Source: Vicinamibacteria bacterium
GTDB taxonomy: Bacteria > Acidobacteriota > Vicinamibacteria > Marinacidobacterales > Marinacidobacteraceae
Assembly: GCA_963422395.1 (NCBI GenBank)
Contig: OY729431.1
Location: forward strand, 1,024,001 to 1,088,000
DNA: 64,000 nt
Reading direction: 5' to 3'
Shown here: one piece after another, positions 7,916 to 17,368 of the stretch
Numbering within the stretch: position 1 is the first letter of the stretch
Layout: each line of letters starts with the position of its first letter
Made by a program: the position numbers and the translations under genes
The notes under the pieces: model-generated
The model's input: the letters and a program-made list of their open reading frames with translations, nothing else
Told to the model about the DNA's origin: nothing
The model's database searches: none

Positions 7916-10012
7916 ATGATCCATATCAAGACCTCGATGATGACGACCCCGATGCTCCCCCGGCGGGCGGCGGTGCGGCTCGCCGGCGGGCTCGCCATCG
8001 CGCTCCTGCTGGGATCCCCCCTCGCCGCGCAGAACCGCGACATGCCCGAAGGGGAATGGCGGTACCAGAGCGGCGACGCCTGGGGAACCCGCTCCTCGCC
8101 GCTCACCGAAGTGAACGCCGACAACTTCGAGGAGCTGGAGGTCGCCTGGATCTGGCGCGCCGACAACTTCGGCCCGAAACCCAGCTACCTCTCGAAATCC
8201 ACTCCCAGCTACATCGACGGGAAGCTCTTCACGGTGGCCGGCTACCGGCGGACGATCGCCTCGATCGATCCGGCGACCGGAGAGACGCGCTGGACCTATA
8301 GCGAGCCCTCCACCCGGCGCTTCGAGGAGTCCATGCGCTCCAGCTACGGCAAGGGAGTGGCCTATGCCGAGCTCGACGACCGGCTGGTCATCTACGGAAT
8401 CAGTCCGGCGTTCTTCCTCCACGCGCTGGACGCCGAGACCGGCCGGCACCTCGAGGGCTTCGGCAAACCGGTGCCGCTCCCGGGGTTCCCCGAGACCGGC
8501 GTCGTGGACCTGCTCGCCGACTTCGGCCACAACTACGATCCCGACGAGGGCCTGCCGCCGACGATCGGCTATATCACGAGCTCCTCGCCCCCGATCGTGG
8601 TGAACGGGACGGTCGTGGTGGGCAACTCCCACGCTCAGGGCTACCACCAGACCCGGATCGAGAACATCCCCGGCGACATCCTCGCCTACGACGCCCGGAC
8701 CGGCGAGCACCGGTGGAAGTTCCATGTCATCCCGCGCTCCCCGGAGGAGTTCGGAATGGACACCTGGGAGAACGACGCCTGGAAATGGACCGGTGATGTC
8801 TCCTCGTGGGCGCCGCTCTCCGCCGACCTCGACCGCGGCATCGTGTACATCCCGACGAACGCTCCGACGATCGATTTCTACGGCGGCTTCCGCCCGGGAG
8901 ACAATCTCTTCGGGACCAGCGTCATCGCGCTCGATGTCCAGACCGGCGAGCGGGTCTGGCATTTCCAGACCACCCACCACCCGATCTGGAACTACGACCT
9001 CCCCAATGTTCCGATCCTGGTGGACGCGACGGTGAACGGGGAGAAGGTGCCCATGGCCATCCAGACCACGAAGCAGGGGCTCACCTTCGCTTTCGACCGG
9101 GAGACCGGCGAGCCGGTCTGGCCCATCGAGGAGCGCGCGGTCCCGCAGTCCATCGTCCCCGGAGAGCAGCTGTCGGAGACCCAGCCGTATCCGACGGTTC
9201 CGGCGCCTCTCGAGCCGCTCGATCTCAGCGAAGACAACCTGATCGACTACACCCCCGAGCTTCGGCAGCAGGCGATGGAGATCGTGAGCGAATACCGCGT
9301 CGGGGGGCCGTACATGCCCCCGGTGCCCAAGGGGCACGATGAGGACAAGGGCTGGGTGGCTTGCGGCAGCACCGCCGGGGTGAACATCACCCATCCGGCG
9401 GCGCTCGACCCGGCGACCGGCATCCTCTACCAGTCGTCCGGCCCCTCCTGCTCCGGGCGGATGGTCCAGCCCGGAGTGGATGCCGACCAGCCGGTCCACG
9501 GCTGCACCTCCCCGAGCGGCGAGTGCACCACGATCGGCGAGACCGTCGCCGACTGGGTGAACTATCGGACGATCGGCGTCCCCGGGCCGGACGGCCTGCC
9601 GATCTACAAGCCGCCCTACAGCCGGGTGACCGCCATCGACATGAATACCGGCGAGCACCTCTGGTGGGTCCCGGTGGGCCAGCCGAACGAGCGGATCCGA
9701 AACCACCCGGCGCTCGCAGGAAAGGACCTCTCGCAAGTCGGCGGAATGGGCCGCGCCATCCTGATGGTGAGCGGCGACCTCCTGCTCACCACCGAAGGCA
9801 TGGGGGGGCCGTCGGTGCTGAACGCCCACGACAAGGCGACCGGCGAGAAGATCGGCAGCATCCCCCTTCCGGCCACCGGGATGTACGGCATGATGACCTA
9901 CCTCCATGAGGGTCGGCAGTACATCGTGGTGCAGATCGGCCGGCGGGGCGAGATGCCGGAGTCGCTGGTGGCGCTCGTCCTTCCGAAGGCGGAGGAAGGC
10001 TCCGGCGGCTGA
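7916..10012 (+). CDS. Secreted PQQ-binding beta-propeller dehydrogenase (glucose dehydrogenase-like, divergent)
   Basis: Signal peptide, SPLTEVNADNFEELEVAW, repeated ..TGE..W propeller motifs, RPGDNLF, WHFQTTHHPIWNYD, MTYLHEGRQYIV. Confidence 0.9.
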   Translation: MIHIKTSMMTTPMLPRRAAVRLAGGLAIALLLGSPLAAQNRDMPEGEWRYQSGDAWGTRSSPLTEVNADNFEELEVAWIWRADNFGPKPSYLSKSTPSYIDGKLFTVAGYRRTIASIDPATGETRWTYSEPSTRRFEESMRSSYGKGVAYAELDDRLVIYGISPAFFLHALDAETGRHLEGFGKPVPLPGFPETGVVDLLADFGHNYDPDEGLPPTIGYITSSSPPIVVNGTVVVGNSHAQGYHQTRIENIPGDILAYDARTGEHRWKFHVIPRSPEEFGMDTWENDAWKWTGDVSSWAPLSADLDRGIVYIPTNAPTIDFYGGFRPGDNLFGTSVIALDVQTGERVWHFQTTHHPIWNYDLPNVPILVDATVNGEKVPMAIQTTKQGLTFAFDRETGEPVWPIEERAVPQSIVPGEQLSETQPYPTVPAPLEPLDLSEDNLIDYTPELRQQAMEIVSEYRVGGPYMPPVPKGHDEDKGWVACGSTAGVNITHPAALDPATGILYQSSGPSCSGRMVQPGVDADQPVHGCTSPSGECTTIGETVADWVNYRTIGVPGPDGLPIYKPPYSRVTAIDMNTGEHLWWVPVGQPNERIRNHPALAGKDLSQVGGMGRAILMVSGDLLLTTEGMGGPSVLNAHDKATGEKIGSIPLPATGMYGMMTYLHEGRQYIVVQIGRRGEMPESLVALVLPKAEEGSGG

Positions 10013-10152
10013 ATCCTCACCCCGATCCGGTCCGCTCCACGAGCCCGGAGCTCGCGGAGCGGCGCCCTCGAAAAGGCGGCGATTGGGAGATCGGAGGTCT
10101 CTCCGGGATGCGCGCGGGCTGCTTCGGGCACTGGATTCCAGCGATGCCGGGA

Positions 10153-11649
10153 ATGGATGACCTCGGGCTTTCGCCGCGGCAGCTGGCGGGCGCGGCGGCC
10201 ATCATCCTGATCGGGGCTGGCTGCACTGGGCTGAAAGCACCGGTCGCTCCTCCCGATCTGCCGCTGGCACCCGAGAACCCAGAGGCCCCTGATCCGGTTG
10301 CCGAAAGCAGCGCCGCAGCCCTTTCGGCGGTGCCGGACACCGGTTGGTGGACCTCGTTCGGCGATCCCGCCCTCGATCGGATCGTAACGCGCGCGCTCGC
10401 GAGAAATCTCACCCTGGAAGGGGCGGCGGCGCGGCTCGCCCAGGCGGCCGCCGATGCGGGGATAGCGAGGAGTGCGCTCTATCCGCAGCTGGGCGCCGGC
10501 GCCGACCGTCTCGCCGAACGGCGGAACTTCATCGGGCTCCCCATTCCCGGGACCGGAGGCGACGAGGTCCTCACCGCGGAATATGTCGCCTACGGGCTCT
10601 CACTCGACCTGTCGTGGGAGATGAATCTGTGGCGGGCCGCCACCCCCGCCGCGCGTGCCGCGAACGCCGGGTTCGAAGCGGCGCTCGCCGAAGTGGCCGG
10701 CGCTCGGATCTCGCTGGCAGGCCAGATCGCACGCCTCTATTTCCTGGCCCTCGAGGCGAGAGAGCAGACCCGAATCGCTGACGCCCTGGCGGCCAATCTC
10801 GAACGATCGGCCCGTCTGGTTCGGGAGCGGGCGCGGGTCGGCCGAGCTCACCTCGCCGAGGTGGACACCGCGGCGGCTCGGCTCGCGGCGGCGCAGGGGG
10901 AGGCCGCGTCGCGCCGGCAGGCGAGCTCCGCCGCAGTCCGCAGCCTGGAAGTGCTCCTCAACGATTACCCGGACGGCGACCCCGGGCCGGACTGGGATCT
11001 CGGGCCGCGCCTCGCCGGCCCCGACTCTCCCGCTCCTCCCGGGGTTCCCGCCGATCTGGTGTCGCGCCGCCCCGATGTGGCGAGTGCCGAGCGTCGGCTG
11101 GCGGCGTCGCGGGAATTCACCCAGATCGCCAGGCGGGCGCGCTATCCGCAGTTCCGGCTCACCTCTTCGGCAGGGACTGCGAGCGCCCGGCTGCGCCAGC
11201 TGGTGAACGGTGATTTCTCGGTCTGGAGCCTGATCGCCGGGATCGCCGCGCCGGTGTTTCAGGGAGGCCGCATCCGAGCCCGGATCCGCCGCGAGGAGGC
11301 CAGGGATCGGGAGGCCCTCGCTGCCTACGCCGGCACCGTCCTCACCGCCTACCAGGAGGTCGAAGCCGGGCTCGCGGCGGAAGAGGCGCTGCGGGAGGCC
11401 GAAGTCCGCGCCGCGGAAGCGCTTGCAGCCTCCCGCCGGGCCTGGTTGCGGAGCGAAGCGCAGTGGCGGAGCGGCCTCGTTTCCCGGCGCGCCGCCGAAG
11501 ACGCCGAACGGGCGGCACTCGCGGCGGAATCCGCCCACCTCGCGCGGGTCCGCGCCCGGCTCGACAACCGGGTCAACCTCTTCCTCGCGCTCGGCGGCGG
11601 TTTCGAGAGTCCGCCCCGGTCCCACCGATCCTCCCGAGAGTGCCGATGA
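10153..11649 (+). CDS. RND efflux outer-membrane lipoprotein (NodT/OprM family); start uncertain
   Basis: Lipobox IGAGC, WWTSFGDPALD, PADLVSRRPDV..AE, LFLALGGG. Confidence 0.9.
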   Translation: MDDLGLSPRQLAGAAAIILIGAGCTGLKAPVAPPDLPLAPENPEAPDPVAESSAAALSAVPDTGWWTSFGDPALDRIVTRALARNLTLEGAAARLAQAAADAGIARSALYPQLGAGADRLAERRNFIGLPIPGTGGDEVLTAEYVAYGLSLDLSWEMNLWRAATPAARAANAGFEAALAEVAGARISLAGQIARLYFLALEAREQTRIADALAANLERSARLVRERARVGRAHLAEVDTAAARLAAAQGEAASRRQASSAAVRSLEVLLNDYPDGDPGPDWDLGPRLAGPDSPAPPGVPADLVSRRPDVASAERRLAASREFTQIARRARYPQFRLTSSAGTASARLRQLVNGDFSVWSLIAGIAAPVFQGGRIRARIRREEARDREALAAYAGTVLTAYQEVEAGLAAEEALREAEVRAAEALAASRRAWLRSEAQWRSGLVSRRAAEDAERAALAAESAHLARVRARLDNRVNLFLALGGGFESPPRSHRSSRECR

Positions 11650-12920
11650 AACCGTTCCTCCGGCGTTTCGGGTTCGTCCTCATCCTGCTGGCGGCAGCCG
11701 GGATGGTCTGGCTGCTCACCGCGCTCGGACCGAAGCCGGTCGCCCGGGAACTCGAAACGCTGCCTCCCGAAGTCCGGGTGATGACGGTGCAGCTCGCTCC
11801 CTACCGGGTCACCGTGAGCGCCGACGGGTCGGTCGAGCCCGCCCGCCGCACCACGGTTACCGCCGGGGTGGCCGGGCGGATCCTCTGGGCGGCGGCGGGG
11901 CTCAGGCGCGGGGTCCGGGTCGCCCGGGACGCCCCCCTCTTCCGGGTCGAGCCCGCTGCCTATGAACAGGCGCTCCGCCAGGCCGAAAGCCGCGTCGCCG
12001 AAGCCGAGCTCCGGCGGGTGACGGAACGGGCCGCCGCCGAGATCGCCCGCGCCGAATGGGAAGAGGAGCCGGGCGACCCCGATCCGCTCGCTCTTCGCAT
12101 CCCCCAGCGAGCCGCCGCCGAAGCGGCGCTCGCCGCCGCGCGGGCCGCGCTCCGGCGGGCCGAACGAGATCTCGAAAGCACGGAAATCCGTGCGCCCCAC
12201 GACGGTCTGGTCGGGATGCGCGCCGCCGAGGTCGGCGAATGGGCGGCCCCCGGCCTGCCCCTGGTGGAACTCCTCTCGGTGGCGGCGGCCGAGGTCCGCG
12301 TGTCGCTGCCGGACGCGGCGCTCGGACTCCTGGATCTGCCCTTCGGAGCCGTTCCGACCCGAAGCGCTCCCCGCGCCCGGCTGACAGCTGTCCTCGGCGG
12401 TCCGGGAGCGCAGGCGCCCTGGTCCTGGGAAGGGCGCCTCGTCCGGATGGAGGGGGAAGTGGATCCGGCGACCCGCTTCCTGCCGGCGGTGATCGAGGTC
12501 CGGGACCCCTATGCACCGGGGCCGGCGGGCCGTCCGCCGCTGGCGGCCGGAATGTTCATGCGCGCCGAGATCGCCGGGAAGGAGTTCCCCGGGGTGGCCG
12601 TCGTGCCCGAGAGCGCGTTCCGCGAGGACGGACAGCTGCTCCTGGTGGACGGTGAGAACCGCCTCCGCATCCGAGAGGTGGACGACTTCTGGTACGACGG
12701 CGCGGGCGGCGTCCTCGTCCGCTCCGGGCTCACCGACGGAGATCGCGTGGTCATCACCCCGCCGGCCATCGTCAGCGACGGAATGCCGGTGCGGGTCCTG
12801 CCGCCGGGCACGGCCTCGCCCGCTGCCGGAACCGACGCGCCCCTCTCCGGTCTTGGAGATCGCGTCCCTTCGTCCACGGCTGCTGGTCCGTATCGCCCGG
12901 GGAGCGTCCCGCCGGAATGA
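11646..12920 (+). CDS. RND efflux periplasmic adaptor subunit
   Basis: ATGA overlap with the upstream gene; N-terminal TM, helical hairpin, TEIRAPHDG, GMFMRAEI. Confidence 0.9.
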   Translation: MKPFLRRFGFVLILLAAAGMVWLLTALGPKPVARELETLPPEVRVMTVQLAPYRVTVSADGSVEPARRTTVTAGVAGRILWAAAGLRRGVRVARDAPLFRVEPAAYEQALRQAESRVAEAELRRVTERAAAEIARAEWEEEPGDPDPLALRIPQRAAAEAALAAARAALRRAERDLESTEIRAPHDGLVGMRAAEVGEWAAPGLPLVELLSVAAAEVRVSLPDAALGLLDLPFGAVPTRSAPRARLTAVLGGPGAQAPWSWEGRLVRMEGEVDPATRFLPAVIEVRDPYAPGPAGRPPLAAGMFMRAEIAGKEFPGVAVVPESAFREDGQLLLVDGENRLRIREVDDFWYDGAGGVLVRSGLTDGDRVVITPPAIVSDGMPVRVLPPGTASPAAGTDAPLSGLGDRVPSSTAAGPYRPGSVPPE

Positions 12921-15900
12921 TCCCCTGGTTCGTCCGGAACCGGGTGGCGGCGAACCTGCTCCTGTTCGGAATTTCGCTGGGCGGCTTTCTCACCCTCGGA
13001 GGAATTCCCCAGGAACTGCTCCCCGAGGCCGGGCCGGCGGCGCTCACGATCCGCACCGTGTTCCCCGGGGCCGGAGCGGCGGTCGTCGAGGAAGGCGTCC
13101 TCATCGGGCTCGAAGACGCACTCCGCGAAGTCGAGGGCGTCTCCGAGATGGCGGCGACGGCCGCCGATGGCCTCGGGGTGCTGACGCTCGAAGTGGAAGC
13201 CTGGGCCGATTTCCGGACCGTCAGCGAGGAGGTCCGAGAACTCGTGGAAGCGTTCGCCAGCCTCCCCGAGGGCGCCGAGGATCCGGTGATCTCGGAGGTC
13301 GCGGTGGACCGGGAGCTGCTCCGGATCGCGGTGCACGGCGCTGCCGACGAGCGCAGCTTGCGGGAGGCCGCGCTCTTCGTTCGAGACGCGGTCGGCGAGG
13401 TGCCGGGAGTCTCGAGGGTTGCGCTCGCGAGCGGGCGCGAGTACGAGATCGCAATCGAGGTTCGGGAAGAAGCGCTCACCCGCTTCGGTCAGACCTTCGA
13501 CCGGCTCGCGGCCGCGATCCGGCGTGGTTCTGCCGACATTCCGGGCGGCTCGCTCCGCACCGGGGAACGCGAGGTCCGCCTGCGCGCGGAGGCCGAAGCG
13601 GCTACCGCCGCCGATTTCGCCCGAATTCCGGTGATCGCGACCCCCGGGGGAGGGCTGGTGACCGTCGGCGACCTCGCCGCCGTCACCGACGGATTCGCCG
13701 ACTCCGAGCGCGAAGCGCGGATGAACGGGGAGCCCGCCGTGTTCCTCACGGTGTCCCTGGCGCCGAAAGCACGGCTGCTCGACACCACCGACGCCGTCCT
13801 CGCCCGTATCGAATCGATCCGCCTCCCCGAAGGGATCGGGGTGACCCCCTGGTACCAGACCTGGAGGCTCTTCGAGAGCCGGATGGAGGTGCTGGTGCGG
13901 AACGGGCTCTCCGGGCTCGCGCTCATCTTCCTGGTGCTGTTCTTCACCCTGTCCAGCCGTCTCGCAGTCTGGACCGCGGCGGGCCTGCCGGTGGCGTTCT
14001 TCGGCGCCTTCCTGCTCATGCCGGGCCTTTCGATGACGGTGAACATGATCAGCCTCTTCGGATTCATCCTCACGCTCGGCATCGTGGTGGACGACGCGAT
14101 CGTGGTCGGGGAGAACATCCAGCGGCAGCTCGAAGCCGACGGGCCATCGGACGGGCGGACGGACCAGCAGGCTGCGGAGACGGCCGCAGTGCGCGGAACG
14201 CAGCAGGTTCTCGTCCCGGCGGCCTTCGGGGTGCTGACCACCATGGCGGCGTTCCTGCCGCTCCTCGGTCTCCCCGGGGCCCTCGGCGAACTCATGGGAA
14301 CGCTGCCCCGGATCGTGATCCCGGTGCTCGCCTTCTCTCTGCTGGAAGCAGCCTGGATCCTCCCCCACCATCTGGCCCATGGCGGCGTCGCCGGGTTTCG
14401 GAGAAGCCGGCGGCTGGCTCGCCTGCGCGCCGGGGCCGCCGCGGTACTCGACGGGACAGTCCGCGTGCTGTACCGCCCGGCCCTCCGGTTCGCCCTCGGA
14501 AACCCTCTCGTCATCCTGGCCTGCGGAGTCTTCTGGCTCGCGCTCGCCGTCGGTCTGGTGCGGGGCGGCTTCGTTCCGGTGGACACCGTTCCGCCCTTCG
14601 AAGCGGACACGGTGGTCGTACAGCTGAGGCTTCCTCCGGGGTCCGGAGCCGATGCGACCCGGCGCGCGGCGGCGCGGATCGAGGGCGTCATCGGGCGCAT
14701 CCGGGAGGAGATCCGGGCAGCGAAGGGAATCGAGGTGCAGCAGCATCTGGCGGTATCGATCGGAGAGCGGCTTGCGACCGGGCGGGGCGGGGCGATCGGC
14801 GGCGAATCGGCGAGGGCGGGGGGCGCTCTCGGCCAACTCGTGTGGGAGCTCCGTCCCGCCGATGAACGCCCCGAGGCTTCCACCCGGCAGCTCGCCGACC
14901 GGCTTCGGGAGCTCGCTCGACCGCTTCCGGAAGGTGCCGAGATGACGCTCGGGACCTCGATTCTCGGCGGTGCGGCGGACATCTCCCTCCAGATCAGCGG
15001 CGACTCCATGGAGGAACTCCGGCAGGCCTCGGTGCTGCTCCAGTCCCGGCTCGCCGCCTACCAGGGGGTGGTCCTCGTCCGGGACGACTTCGAGGCCGGC
15101 GCCGCCGAGGTGGTGGCGCGCGCCCGGCCAGCCGGAGCCGGGCTCGGGATCGGCGCCGCCGATTTCGGAAGACAGCTGCGCCAGGCCTTCCACGGCGAGG
15201 AGGTGCAGCGGATCCAGCGCGGCGGCGACGAGATCAAGGTCTTGCTCCGCTACCCCGACTCCGCGCGCCGGAACCTCGAAAGCGCCGCCCGAATGCTCGT
15301 GCGCCGCCCCGAAGGGGGAACCGCACCGCTCGGCGCGGTCGCTTCGCTCTCCCGCGAGACGGGCCTTTCGGTGATCCGCCGGGTGGATGGACGGCGCGCG
15401 GTGACGGTGCATGCGGATGTGGATCCGAGCCTCGCCTCGAGCGGCGCCGTCCTCGGTGAAGTCCGCAGCCGGACGCTTCCCGAACTCCGGGAGCGCTTCC
15501 CCGAAGTCCGGTTCGCAGTGGTGGGCCTGGCCGGCGAACAGGCGGAGACCCTCGGAGCGCTGGGGGGACATGTCCTCCTCGCCCTCCTGGTCGTCTATGT
15601 GCTGCTCGCCGTGCCGCTGGCCTCCTGGTCGCAGCCTTTCGTCATCCTGGCCGCGGTTCCGTTCGGCCTCGCCGGCGCGGTCTTCGGACACCAGATCCTG
15701 GGAGTGAACCTCGGGATGACGAGCTTTTTCGGGATGGCGCCGCTGGTGGGGATCGTGGTGAACGACGCGCTGGTGCTGCTCCACTTCATGAACCAGAAAC
15801 GCCGCGAGGGGATGTCGGTCCGCGAGGCGGCGTTCGCGGCGGGTCTGCGGCGCTTTCGCGCCGTCGTCCTGACCTCGGTCACGACCTGCGCCGGGCTCGC

Positions 15901-16063
15901 CCCGCTCCTCGGTGAGCGCAGCGTTCAGGCGCAGTTCCTGGTCCCGATGGCGGCCTCGCTCGCGTTCGGTGTCGCCTTCGCGACCCTGATCACCCTGCTG
16001 CTGGTACCCGCGCTCTATGTGCTGCTGGCCGATCTCGTCCCCGCCGCCTCTCGCCCGCGCTGA
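12917..16063 (+). CDS. RND efflux permease (AcrB/AcrD/AcrF family)
   Basis: 1048 aa; NRVAANLL, GIVVDDAIVVGEN, GIVVNDALVL, RFRAVVLTSVTT. Confidence 0.95.
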   Translation: MIPWFVRNRVAANLLLFGISLGGFLTLGGIPQELLPEAGPAALTIRTVFPGAGAAVVEEGVLIGLEDALREVEGVSEMAATAADGLGVLTLEVEAWADFRTVSEEVRELVEAFASLPEGAEDPVISEVAVDRELLRIAVHGAADERSLREAALFVRDAVGEVPGVSRVALASGREYEIAIEVREEALTRFGQTFDRLAAAIRRGSADIPGGSLRTGEREVRLRAEAEAATAADFARIPVIATPGGGLVTVGDLAAVTDGFADSEREARMNGEPAVFLTVSLAPKARLLDTTDAVLARIESIRLPEGIGVTPWYQTWRLFESRMEVLVRNGLSGLALIFLVLFFTLSSRLAVWTAAGLPVAFFGAFLLMPGLSMTVNMISLFGFILTLGIVVDDAIVVGENIQRQLEADGPSDGRTDQQAAETAAVRGTQQVLVPAAFGVLTTMAAFLPLLGLPGALGELMGTLPRIVIPVLAFSLLEAAWILPHHLAHGGVAGFRRSRRLARLRAGAAAVLDGTVRVLYRPALRFALGNPLVILACGVFWLALAVGLVRGGFVPVDTVPPFEADTVVVQLRLPPGSGADATRRAAARIEGVIGRIREEIRAAKGIEVQQHLAVSIGERLATGRGGAIGGESARAGGALGQLVWELRPADERPEASTRQLADRLRELARPLPEGAEMTLGTSILGGAADISLQISGDSMEELRQASVLLQSRLAAYQGVVLVRDDFEAGAAEVVARARPAGAGLGIGAADFGRQLRQAFHGEEVQRIQRGGDEIKVLLRYPDSARRNLESAARMLVRRPEGGTAPLGAVASLSRETGLSVIRRVDGRRAVTVHADVDPSLASSGAVLGEVRSRTLPELRERFPEVRFAVVGLAGEQAETLGALGGHVLLALLVVYVLLAVPLASWSQPFVILAAVPFGLAGAVFGHQILGVNLGMTSFFGMAPLVGIVVNDALVLLHFMNQKRREGMSVREAAFAAGLRRFRAVVLTSVTTCAGLAPLLGERSVQAQFLVPMAASLAFGVAFATLITLLLVPALYVLLADLVPAASRPR

Positions 16064-17367
16064 TCGGGCCCCTCGAGAATCGTGGCGGCGCCGGAGGCGG
16101 CGCCGTCGAGCAGGTGGCGCTCGTCCGGGTCGGAAATGCCGCGCGGGGCGTAGAAGCGTTCTCGGAGTCCGCGCCGGAGGGGATGCTCCGCCGCCGGCGG
16201 CACGAGGATCACCACCGAGCCGCCGAGACCGGCTCCGGTGAGGCGCGCTCCCAGCGCTCCGGCGTGCCGCGCCTCGGCGACGAGCGCGTCCAGTTTGGGA
16301 GTGCTGACCTGGTAGTCGCGCCGCAGGCTCTCGTGGGAGCGGTCGAGGAGTGCGCCAAAGGCTTCCGCATCGCCGCGGCGAAGACAGCGCCGGGCCTCGG
16401 CTACCCGCTCCGCTTCGGTCACGAGGTGCCGAAACCGTCCCCCGAGCGGATCGGGAAGCCGGCGCGCCGCCGCCAGCAGGTCCGGGAGCGAGTGGCGGGC
16501 GACGAGGCCCGGATAGCCATGCCGATAGCCGCCGGGACTGCCGCCGTCCTTCCTCTCGGGCTCGCCGAGAGCGCGCCGGGCCAGGGCGAGTGCCTTCCGG
16601 GCTTCCCGGACCCGCCGGTCGTACACCCTTCCCGCCGCGCCCCCCTTGTCGGCGGGCTCGCCGCTATAGGCCACCAGGAAGGAGAAGCGGGAGGGATCTA
16701 CCGGGACGAGGTGCCACTCCGGCGGTTCGAAGGCGATCCCGAGTGCGTATCCGGCAGCGGCGCCGAGGCAGACGGACTGGTCCATCGCGCCTCCCTGGAT
16801 CGCTGCTCCCCGCTCTGCGGCGGCGAGATCGAGGGCGAGGCGCCGCGCCCCCGGAGGCGGAATTCCGATCCCCGGCGGGATTCCGGTTCCGACGGGCGGG
16901 AGGCGTCCCGCCGCCGCCAGCAGCGCGAGCGCCGCCGCCACCACCAGCGCCGAAGACGAGGAGAGCCCGGAGGCGACCGGCAGGTCCGAAGCGAGGAAGC
17001 CGTCGAATCCGGGACTCTCGCCCGGGACCCAGCCGCCGGTGCGGAGCCCGCTGGCGGCAGCCGCCAGGTAGCGCCCGAATCCCGCCGTCGGCGGGGGGGC
17101 GTCGGGTACTACCGCGGCCTCTCCCTGGTGCCCGGGCTCGGTGCTCAGGCAGCGGATTCGGGGGTCGCCGCGCCGCCGAAAGGCCAGGGCGATGCCGCGG
17201 GAAAGTGCCGAGGGCAGCACCGGCAGGCCGCAGTAGTCGAGATGCTCGCCGATCAGGTTCACTCGGCCGGGAGCGAAAACGACCGCCTCGGGAGGCCGCC
17301 CGAAATGCTGCTCGAACCTCCGGGCCGCATCGAAGGCAGGGCCGCCGCGGCGCGGAGGAGGATGCAT
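16015..17367 (-). CDS. galK: Galactokinase-family GHMP kinase (possibly GalNAc kinase-like)
   Basis: APGRVNLIGEHLDY, PVASGLSSSSA, MDQ, GARLTGAGLGG. Confidence 0.85.
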   Translation of the reverse strand: MHPPPRRGGPAFDAARRFEQHFGRPPEAVVFAPGRVNLIGEHLDYCGLPVLPSALSRGIALAFRRRGDPRIRCLSTEPGHQGEAAVVPDAPPPTAGFGRYLAAAASGLRTGGWVPGESPGFDGFLASDLPVASGLSSSSALVVAAALALLAAAGRLPPVGTGIPPGIGIPPPGARRLALDLAAAERGAAIQGGAMDQSVCLGAAAGYALGIAFEPPEWHLVPVDPSRFSFLVAYSGEPADKGGAAGRVYDRRVREARKALALARRALGEPERKDGGSPGGYRHGYPGLVARHSLPDLLAAARRLPDPLGGRFRHLVTEAERVAEARRCLRRGDAEAFGALLDRSHESLRRDYQVSTPKLDALVAEARHAGALGARLTGAGLGGSVVILVPPAAEHPLRRGLRERFYAPRGISDPDERHLLDGAASGAATILEGPDQRGREAAGTRSASST

Positions 17368-17368
17368 T

